A stretch of DNA of 64,000 nt from Chthonomonadaceae bacterium (GTDB lineage Bacteria > Armatimonadota > Chthonomonadetes > Chthonomonadales > Chthonomonadaceae): NCBI GenBank assembly GCA_035650735.1, contig DASRGZ010000191.1:1-64000 (forward strand), read 5' to 3'. Position numbers and translations under genes: made by a program. Shown here one piece after another: positions 56,568 through 64,000 of this stretch (positions are counted from its first letter, which is position 1; every line of letters starts with the position of its first letter). The notes beneath the pieces are model-generated. The model searched no databases. It was not told where the DNA came from and saw only the letters and a list, made by a program, of their open reading frames with translations.

Positions 56568-57611
56568 ATGAGTCCTCAGCCTGGAAAGACCGTGCGCCGG
56601 ACCTGCCGAAAGCGGCCCGGACGTCTGCTGAAGAGCCTGACCCTTCTCTATGGGGCCTTGCTGCTGCTGATCACGCTGAATAACCTCCTGGGGCCGGAAA
56701 TCTGGTGGGGAGGCAGCCTGAACCTCTACCTGCCGCAGTGGATCTGGGCGCTGCCGGGAGCGATTCTGCTGCCCTGGTATCTGCTCAGCGCGCCTGCCTG
56801 GAGCGGGCTACCGCTGCTGGCCCTGCTCTGGGTGGCGGGGCCGCTGATGGGCTTCTGCTGGGGCGGGATTTTCGCTCATGCCCACTCAGAGCCGGGCATC
56901 CATCTGCGCGTCATGACTTACAACGTCAAATGGGGCCATCGCAATGCGGGCGCCATTTTGGAAGAGATCGCGCGCAGCAAGCCTGACCTGATACTGATGC
57001 AGGATTCCGGGGGCGCCCTCTACGATGATCTGCGCGCTTTGCGCCAGGGCTGGAACGTCAAAACGCTCGATCAGTACACCCTGCTCAGCCGCTATCCCCT
57101 TTCCGACCCCGAGGTCCGCTGGATCTCTCCGCTGGAGAACCACCGCTGCGCCCGCTGCGTGCTCCAGGTGGGAGAGACGCCCATTACCCTCTACGACTGC
57201 CATCTGATGACCCCGCGCTGGGGCCTTGGCTCCATCCGGCACCCCCGCTCGCAAGGCGTGGGGGGGCTGGAGGCCAACGTCGCCGAGCGTCTCCTTCAGG
57301 CAACGATGCTGGCCGGGCACCTCAAAAAAGAGCGCGGGCCGCTTCTCGTCGCGGGCGACTTCAACGCCCCGCAGCAATCGCTGGTATGCCGGAAGCTGCT
57401 TGGGGCCGGGCTTAAGGACGCCTATGCCTGCGCCGGCCTGGGCTACGGCTACACCTACGGCCAGAGCACGAAGATAGGGCGGCCCTATATGCGCATCGAT
57501 CATATCCTGCTGAGCGAGGACTGGCAGGTGGAGTCGTGCCGGGTCGGCACGGAGGAGGGGTCGGATCACAGCCCGGTCATCGCCGACCTGTTTCTGCCGG
57601 CAGGGCGCTAG
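56568..57611 (+). CDS. Membrane-anchored endonuclease/exonuclease/phosphatase family protein
   Basis: TM helices, then MTYNV, GDFN, RIDH, GSDH. Confidence 0.88.
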   Translation: MSPQPGKTVRRTCRKRPGRLLKSLTLLYGALLLLITLNNLLGPEIWWGGSLNLYLPQWIWALPGAILLPWYLLSAPAWSGLPLLALLWVAGPLMGFCWGGIFAHAHSEPGIHLRVMTYNVKWGHRNAGAILEEIARSKPDLILMQDSGGALYDDLRALRQGWNVKTLDQYTLLSRYPLSDPEVRWISPLENHRCARCVLQVGETPITLYDCHLMTPRWGLGSIRHPRSQGVGGLEANVAERLLQATMLAGHLKKERGPLLVAGDFNAPQQSLVCRKLLGAGLKDAYACAGLGYGYTYGQSTKIGRPYMRIDHILLSEDWQVESCRVGTEEGSDHSPVIADLFLPAGR

Positions 57612-57714
57612 CGGAGAGGGCGTGGGCGGTAACGCGGCTGCGCCGCTAATGCCCGATGCAGGGAGGCGCCAGGGCGACGGAGGGACATGGGGCGTCTTGC
57701 AGCAAAGGGCTTTC

Positions 57715-58389
57715 TCACTCGCCTGCGGAGGCCGGGGCGCCGGAAAGGGCTGTGTTAAGCCAGAGCGTGATCCAGTCGCGCACGGCCAGGTAGACCGGCT
57801 CGGCCACTTCGTCCAGGTTATGCCCTGCGCCCTCGTAGATGAGCAGTCGCCGTGGCTCCTGCGCCATCTCGTATACATGCTCGGAGCTGCCGGGCGGCAG
57901 GATAGGGTCGTCCGTGCCGTGGATGAGCAGGATCGGGCAGCGTTCTCCTAACTGGCCGACCGTCTCGGTGCCGTAGCTCTGCGTGGCAAGCGTCACGACA
58001 CAGCGCACCGCAGGCGCGGCAGCCGCTGCCTGAATGGCCACCGCCCCACCGAACGAGTGCCCCACCAGCGCAATCGCCTCCGCGCCCCGGCTTTCCAGGA
58101 AGGCGACCCCGGCCAGCACATCGAGCGCCGACTCCTCCAGGCGGTGCGGATCGCGGTAGCGCACTTGCAGCGATGCGATCCCTTCCTCCCCAAACTCATG
58201 GCAGAGCCGAACATACAGATCATGGGCAGGCGAATGCCAGCCGCCGATGGCGCCGGGCACCCAGAGGGCCGCCTTGCGCGCCTCCTCGGCCGGATAGTAG
58301 CGGCACTCCACGTCGCCCCGGTTGGTCACCGCGCGGACAGGCGCATAAGCGTCCGTCCTAGCTTCGACGACGACATCCTGGATGGTCAT
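57715..58389 (-). CDS. Alpha/beta hydrolase
   Basis: GHSFG, HGTDD, GAGH. Confidence 0.9.
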   Translation of the reverse strand: MTIQDVVVEARTDAYAPVRAVTNRGDVECRYYPAEEARKAALWVPGAIGGWHSPAHDLYVRLCHEFGEEGIASLQVRYRDPHRLEESALDVLAGVAFLESRGAEAIALVGHSFGGAVAIQAAAAAPAVRCVVTLATQSYGTETVGQLGERCPILLIHGTDDPILPPGSSEHVYEMAQEPRRLLIYEGAGHNLDEVAEPVYLAVRDWITLWLNTALSGAPASAGE

Positions 58390-58515
58390 CACCAGGCGCT
58401 CCCGCTGTCTGCGATTCCTGTGCGTTCCCACCTCTCGCTTCCTCCCACCAGACGGGTCCTTCATGGCCCATCTTCATTAACGGGTAAGACGCGGCAGGGG
58501 GAGCAAGGTTCCTTC

Positions 58516-58562
58516 GGAGTTCCGCCAAAAAAGACCGCCTCCCACGAAAGCGGAAGGCGGCT
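58516..58562 (-). terminator. Intrinsic terminator
   Basis: CCGCCTTCC...GGGAGGCGG-TCTTTTTT on minus strand. Confidence 0.65.
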
Positions 58563-58639
58563 CAAACGCACTATACAGAGCATTCCGAGGCGTTCGCTGA
58601 CGAAGAAGGAGGGCGCAGCAGAACGCTATGCATGAGGCG

Positions 58640-58996
58640 TTATTCCTGAACGACTTCCTGGATGCGCCGCTCCAGCTTTTCGAGGTCCAGGCCGCCCTCA
58701 TCGCGGACGATGCGGCGCACAGTCGTGTTGATATGGGCCAAGTCCAGCAGCAGATCGCTCAGGATCTCCTGCTGCTGGCGTGCCTGGGTGATCTCCCGGG
58801 GCTCCTGCACCAGATCCCGAATGATCGAGTCTTCGGCACGCGAGGCCACCAGGGGGTCGGTCTGCCCTTCGATATGGACAAACGTTCGCCGGCCCGGTCC
58901 GCGCTCCTCTTCGATAGGCAGCACGGCGGTCACCCTATCCGAGCGCACATATTTCCCATAGCCAAGATGAACAAGCATAGAGGGTCTGATCTTCAT
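58640..58996 (-). CDS. Hypothetical protein, DUF370/RemA-like N-terminus
   Basis: LVHLGYGKYV.SDRV.AV pattern. Confidence 0.65.
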   Translation of the reverse strand: MKIRPSMLVHLGYGKYVRSDRVTAVLPIEEERGPGRRTFVHIEGQTDPLVASRAEDSIIRDLVQEPREITQARQQQEILSDLLLDLAHINTTVRRIVRDEGGLDLEKLERRIQEVVQE

Positions 58997-59205
58997 GTAG
59001 CGTTTGATTCCTTTTGCTGTCTATTAATATCAATTACGTGTAGATTGAGGCTCTAGTTCCCAAACGAACCAGGATTCCAGGCCAGCACGAAAACCGCGCC
59101 GCAAGGCCCTGGCATGTCCGCTTTTTATGCATCGCGGAGGCTGGTGGAGCGCGCCCAGGGCAGGAGCCTGCGGACAAGTTTTTCCGTCGCGGGGCCAGGT
59201 TAGCC

Positions 59206-59234
59206 TTGACAATTGCCGGCGAGTGTGCTATAGT
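59206..59234 (+). promoter_or_regulatory. Sigma70 promoter of tRNA operon
   Basis: TTGACA-N17-TATAGT with extended -10 TG. Confidence 0.8.
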
Positions 59235-59279
59235 AATGGCGTCGAAACGACAGGTCTGTCTTCTCGAGAAGTGCTTTGT

Positions 59280-59363
59280 GGGCGAGTGGTGGAATGGCAG
59301 ACACGCTGGTCTTAGGAACCAGTGCCGCAAGGCGTAGGGGTTCAACTCCCCTCTTGCCCACCA
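59280..59363 (+). tRNA. tRNA-Leu (TAG)
   Basis: Cloverleaf with long variable arm, anticodon loop CT-TAG-GA, encoded CCA. Confidence 0.95.
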
Positions 59364-59381
59364 CGCTCGTTCGTTCAGGTT

Positions 59382-59453
59382 GCGGGAGTAGCTCAGTGGT
59401 AGAGCGCTTCCTTGCCAAGGAAGAAGTCGCGAGTTCGAACCTCGTCTCCCGCT
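59382..59453 (+). tRNA. tRNA-Gly (GCC), CCA not encoded
   Basis: GCGGGAG/CTCCCGC acceptor stem, TT-GCC-AA loop, GTTCGAA. Confidence 0.95.
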
Positions 59454-59931
59454 TACACTTTTCCCCTTTCTTTCTCAAACAGCGCACTCCCTTTCCATTT
59501 TACTGATGTCCACCATCTACCTACGCGACCAGAGCGCATAGGGTCTTCCTTCCTACTCAGGACAAGGACAGCCTCTGCGGGGTTCCCCTTGCAGGGGCTG
59601 TTCTGCCTCTGCATCAGAGGGCCATTTCCCTTCCGCCTGTCTCCGCGCCTCCCAGGCCTCGGTTCAGACGATTGCATGCGTTCGCCGCGCGCCTGGCCGT
59701 GCAGCAGGCATAGCCAGCGCCTAGCCACAGACACCGGCAAGCCGGGCAAAGATCTCCTCTCTCCGTTTGCTTCTTGCCTGTTGAAGCTGCTTGTGACACC
59801 TTCAACATTAGGCCTGTCTACTTTTTCATAGCGGTATTAGATCTTGGGGTGATGGAATATGATGTCAGAAGTTGATATCGCCTCTAAAGCAGCGACCCAG
59901 TAATCGGCTTCTTGGCGATGGAGAAACTCCT

Positions 59932-60296
59932 ATGAAGGCGCGAATGGTTGTCTGCCTGCTGCTCTCGCTCCTGACGGCCTTGCTTCTGCAACGGCCTCTT
60001 CTCTGCAGGGCGATATCGTCGCGAAGGTGCCCGACCTGACCATTACCAGCGTCTCAGAGAACGGGACCACGGCTCATGTCCAGGTCAAGAACATCGGGAC
60101 CTATACCGCGAATGCCTGCTCCTTGTGCGTATACCGTTGGAATGGGGCTGGCCCGCGCTCTTTTTTGAGTCTCAAGAAGCGCGTCCAGCCCGCTACTCTC
60201 GCTGCCTGCTACGCTCGCCTTCGTACCCTCTTTCGCTTTCTTTTTGAAGAAGAAGTTCTTGCCGTCTCTCTGAGGAAGACGCGGCGACCTCTGTAG
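59932..60296 (+). pseudogene. Frameshifted secreted CARDB-like fragment fused to tyrosine-integrase N-terminal fragment
   Basis: Signal peptide ORF at 59932 out of frame with PDLTITSV...VKNIG; then PATLAACYARLRTLFRFLFEEEVL. Confidence 0.5.
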
Positions 60297-60690
60297 GGCG
60301 CAAAGCGCCCGTTGCCCACCTGCGTGGGCGATAAGCGCATTTTGCCCGCGTAGGTGTCGCCAGGCGGAGGGGTGTGGCAAGGCGGGGGCAGGGGCCGTAA
60401 CCCTGCCGACCCTGGCAGTCCGTTGAGCGGCGTCCCTGGCAGTCGAGCGAGCGCAGCGCCGACCCTTGCAGCGCCCCACAGCGGCAGGGTTTAGCCTGCC
60501 GCGAGAGGTGGTTACAAAGGGCATGATTCTTGCATTCCGCGCTTGTAGCGACAGGCGCGTAGGCGTTCGCATTATTGTATGCAATAGGGCCGCGAGGCGC
60601 AAGCCTAGGCAGTGCGCGACGAAGTTGGTTGAGCCTGATAATCAGAGCTGGTATTCCTGTTTTGCTTTTGCAGCAAAGGAGGGCTGCCCC

Positions 60691-62379
60691 ATGCATAGCG
60701 ACGAACCAATGGCATTGCCCACACCGGCGGAAACAGCGCCCCTCGCGCCGGCAGACGCGTGCGCGCCCACCGTGAAACCAGGCACGTCCCTGAACCGGCG
60801 CGATTTCTTCGGGCGTGCTGCCTTACTCACCGCAGGGGTCGCCGGATTGACCGCCTTACCGCTTGCCGCCGAAAGCGAGATCGGCCCGCTGTCACCCAAT
60901 CAGCGTCGGCAAGCCTGCCTCAGGCTGAGAATGGAGGCGGCACAAGAGGGATTCTTGGCCGGTATTCCCTCGCACCCGGACAACGGCGATGAAGACCGCT
61001 ATCCCAGCCGGATCGGCAATTTCAGCAAAGGTCTGCCGCACAATGCGCGTGGCGAAGTCCTGCCAGGCGCTTACCGCTCCCTCCTGACTGCGCTTTCCAC
61101 CGGGCGCCCCGCCGATTTTGAGAATATCCAGCTTGGTCTGGGACAGCCATTGACGAACCCGCAGGCCGGGCTGGCGTTCGACATGGAAGGACCGGACGCG
61201 CAGGCTCTGGCGATTCCACCCGCGCCCGCGCTGGCGAGCGCGGAAGAGGCCGGGGAGGCAGTAGAGCTTTATTGGATGGCTCTGCTGCGGGACGTGCCCT
61301 TCGGTGACTACGCCACGCATCCCGGCACGCTAGCCGCGTGCGCCGAACTTTCCCGCCTATCCGATTTTCGCGGACCCAAGCAGGCCGGAGCCGTCACGCC
61401 CCAGACGCTCTTTCGCGGCAATACCCCCGGCGACTTGAACGGGCCGTTCCTGTCGCAGTTTCTCTGGCGCAATATTCCCTACGGCGCGCTGCCTATCACC
61501 CAGCAGATGCAGACCGTTGTGCCCGGCGTGGACTACCTGACCAGCTATGACGACTGGCTCAATGTGCAGAACGGCGGGCCGTATCCGCCCGACCAGTTCG
61601 ATCCGACCCCGCGCTATATCCGCAACCTGCGCGATATGGGCCAATGGGTTCATGTGGACGCGCTGTACCAGGCCTATCTGAGCGCCTGCCTGATCCTGCT
61701 CGGCATGAACGCGCCGCTGGACCCCGGCAATCCTTATGTCCGTTCCCGCACGCAGACCGGTTTTGGAACCTTCGGCAACCCGCACGTCCTCACCCTGGTC
61801 ACGGAGGTCGCCACGCGCGCCCTGAAGGCTGTCTGGTTCCAGAAGTGGTATGTACATCGCCGCCTGCGCCCGGAGGCTTACGGCGGACTGGTGCATCAGG
61901 TCCTCGCTAACCACGCCGACTACCCGATCCACCCGGATATGCTCCACTCCGCCGCGGCGCAGTCCGTCTTCAGCCGCTATGGAACCTATCTGCTGCCGAT
62001 GGCCTTCCCGGAAGGCTGTCCGACCCACCCGGCCTATGGCGCCGGCCATGCGACGGTGGCAGGAGCGTGCGTGACCATTCTTAAAGCCTGGTTCGACGAG
62101 AGTTATATCCTGCCCGACCCCGTTGCGCCCAACGCCGACGGCACGGCGCTGGTTCCCATCCAGGCCGCTTTGACCGTCGGTGGCGAGTTGAACAAATTGG
62201 CAGCCAACGTTGCCATCGGGCGCAACGGAGCCGGGGTTCACTGGCGAAGCGACTATGCCCAGTCCATCCTGCTGGGCCAGCGGGTCGCGCTGGGACTGCT
62301 GCGCGAGGCCAAACCCTGCTATAATGAGCCTTTCTCCCTGACGCTAACGACCTTTGACGGCACGTTGGTGACGATCTAA
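60691..62379 (+). CDS. Tat-exported vanadium-dependent haloperoxidase
   Basis: NRRDFF Tat motif; KW.VHRRLRPE, HPAYGAGHA, R.GAGVHW.SD. Confidence 0.92.
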   Translation: MHSDEPMALPTPAETAPLAPADACAPTVKPGTSLNRRDFFGRAALLTAGVAGLTALPLAAESEIGPLSPNQRRQACLRLRMEAAQEGFLAGIPSHPDNGDEDRYPSRIGNFSKGLPHNARGEVLPGAYRSLLTALSTGRPADFENIQLGLGQPLTNPQAGLAFDMEGPDAQALAIPPAPALASAEEAGEAVELYWMALLRDVPFGDYATHPGTLAACAELSRLSDFRGPKQAGAVTPQTLFRGNTPGDLNGPFLSQFLWRNIPYGALPITQQMQTVVPGVDYLTSYDDWLNVQNGGPYPPDQFDPTPRYIRNLRDMGQWVHVDALYQAYLSACLILLGMNAPLDPGNPYVRSRTQTGFGTFGNPHVLTLVTEVATRALKAVWFQKWYVHRRLRPEAYGGLVHQVLANHADYPIHPDMLHSAAAQSVFSRYGTYLLPMAFPEGCPTHPAYGAGHATVAGACVTILKAWFDESYILPDPVAPNADGTALVPIQAALTVGGELNKLAANVAIGRNGAGVHWRSDYAQSILLGQRVALGLLREAKPCYNEPFSLTLTTFDGTLVTI

Positions 62380-62569
62380 AGCCGCTCCTCCACAACCTTT
62401 TCTATCTACCTCCACGCGCGGCAACGATTGCAGGAGAGTAAGTTAGTGGTCCGCCCCAGGATATGCTGCCTGCGGCCATAGCCAGGTGGGGAGAACAGTT
62501 TGCCACGTGTCATCACGTCCGGTTCCTCCCTGTCTGCGCGCCTTAAAACCTGCTCGCTTCGCAGGAATA

Positions 62570-62690
62570 CCGTTGTCGGTAAGGGCCGCAAGGCCTGCGC
62601 AGTCTACTTTGGCGGCGCAACTAAGGTTCTCTGGCAATACTTAAAGGAAGAGATGCGCCAGGAGGAGGACCCGCTATTCCTCGCCGACCA
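62570..62690 (+). pseudogene. Tyrosine recombinase catalytic-domain fragment
   Basis: VVGKGRK...VYFG...LWQYL....PLFL. Confidence 0.55.
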
Positions 62691-62809
62691 AGACCTCACG
62701 GGAGCCATAGGGAGAATAATCCAGGTTAGACCCAGCGTAGCGAAACCAAGACAGCAACAAGCCTCCGGGTTCTGGCCAGGAGGCTCTCGCAGAAGATACT
62801 CGGAAAGAC

Positions 62810-63130
62810 TTACGGACCGGATTGGGTCTTCGATGTCGTGGTAGAGGAGGATGCACCGGAGTTGCTCGTTCCCGTATTGGAGCCGGCCGATCCTGTGCCA
62901 GTTGCTCCTGTGCCAGTTGCTCCTGTGCCTGCCGCTCCCGAGCTTGTCGTGTTTGTAGTCGTGGAAGTCGAGGACGAGCTGGAAGGACTACTGCTAGGCG
63001 GGGTCGTGACATGGACGTTGGTAGTGGATGGCGGGGTGGTCGGCTGTACGTTGGTCTCCGAGGTGCATCCGGCAAGGCCGACCAGGCCAAGCGTGATGGC
63101 GATACCGAGAAGATTCCATCTGTTTTTCAT
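62810..63130 (-). CDS. Small Ser/Thr/Gly-rich lipoprotein
   Basis: LAGC lipobox; GATGT repeats; RBS AGGAG. Confidence 0.8.
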   Translation of the reverse strand: MKNRWNLLGIAITLGLVGLAGCTSETNVQPTTPPSTTNVHVTTPPSSSPSSSSSTSTTTNTTSSGAAGTGATGTGATGTGSAGSNTGTSNSGASSSTTTSKTQSGP

Positions 63131-63583
63131 CGCAGTTGGCTCCTGTATGGTGTCTCGAAAGTCGGACCGGCAGGGGTCGCTTTCCCGAAGGTCGAGGAAT
63201 CTCCTTGCCTCGTTGCCGGGATGCCCAAACGCTCTCGTCCGTCTTAGCCTATCCAACCGTTCCGAAGGTCTCTGTACTTCGGCGAGCGGTCGCAGCGATG
63301 AGACGTGAAGTGGGCCGCTATTGTTCCTGCGCTATTCCTTTGAAGTCACCTAAGACGCGGCCCTTACTGGAATCGATTGATAGAGAGCTATCGCGCCGAG
63401 AAGCGCTCTACCCTCCCCCTTGAGGGCACGCGAAATGCCGAAGTGACTGCGATACCGAGGCATTCTTGCAGGAACTCCCTATCCAGCGTCGAAGCATCGT
63501 TTTGAGTTTTCCAAACTTCGGAGATGAAGAACCTGCCTGCCGTCAACCTCTTAAAGAGGCTCCTTTCAGGTTAGACATTTTCC

Positions 63584-64000
63584 TTACGGGAACGTCTTGA
63601 GCAACGTTCGCGCACGGTCCAAACGCCCTGCAAAGAGCAGTTGCGCTATGGCGGCAAGCCGGGCGCGCATCGCCGGACGGTCCTGGAACTGTTTTTGCAG
63701 GCGATAGAGCTGGACCGGAAGCCGCAGGTCCTTTGCGGTGTAGGGAAAGGAAGCGCTCATATACTTTCGCCGAAGGCGCTGCGTCGTTTCCAAGTCACGA
63801 TAGCCGAACTCGACCGACGGCTCGATCATCGTGCCCTCGCCCCAGTCGTTCCATGTCGCCAGTTGGATCACCGCAGCGCGGCTTTGCAGTGCTTTGGTAA
63901 GCGTCTCTGCGTAGGTCTTGCCTTCCCGGTCCGCGATATAGCCCAGCGATTTCTGGACGCCGGCCTCCGCATAGATGTCATGGAAGCGCGGATAGGCCGT
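63584..64000 (-). CDS. Glycoside hydrolase GH71/GH99-like (3' part; runs off window)
   Basis: YPRFHD...IQLATWNDWGEGT.IEP. Confidence 0.75.
   Translation of the reverse strand, partial: TAYPRFHDIYAEAGVQKSLGYIADREGKTYAETLTKALQSRAAVIQLATWNDWGEGTMIEPSVEFGYRDLETTQRLRRKYMSASFPYTAKDLRLPVQLYRLQKQFQDRPAMRARLAAIAQLLFAGRLDRARTLLKTFP

Noticed and set aside
59914..59940. Fluoride-riboswitch-like GGCGATGGAG
   Set aside because: Pseudoknot partner and downstream consensus absent; more likely an RBS region.
60466..60690. Longer start for the haloperoxidase
   Set aside because: Begins inside repeat DNA; ATG 60691 has an RBS and places the Tat motif near the N-terminus.

Overview
GC-rich bacterial chromosomal segment. 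The gene content suggests Armatimonadota (Chthonomonas-like); this is inference from the prepilin/H-X9-DG protein with its small companions and PEP-CTERM. In order, the window holds: msrB; a pile-up of MITE and IS200/IS605-like remnants; a zinc-ribbon plus RRM RNA-binding protein pair with a structured leader; and an apparently stand-alone ~410-nt noncoding transcript with its own consensus sigma70 promoter, repeated operator and terminator. Next is a LacI-led cluster (two small membrane proteins, prepilin, TPR, CRTAC1/ASPIC-UnbV, PEP-CTERM) and a sugar-catabolism block (3 PhyH dioxygenases, GH36-like, isomerase, ABC). Then come HIT, Gfo/Idh/MocA, CocE, a PPTase-like gene beside a second CRTAC1, TolB-like and MgtE-N genes. 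A c-di-GMP/flagellar module follows, with two c-di-GMP-I riboswitches, an HD-GYP response regulator, a His-less hybrid kinase and flgM. The rest comprises parAB, an AddA-like helicase without nuclease, an ECF sigma/anti-sigma/Spy/MarR operon, qor, sugar ABC genes, an alpha-2-macroglobulin with an inserted GspG-like segment, tRNA-Leu and tRNA-Gly, and a decayed island containing a Tat-exported vanadium haloperoxidase. No CRISPR array or rRNA was seen. All calls are by eye; no database searches were run.
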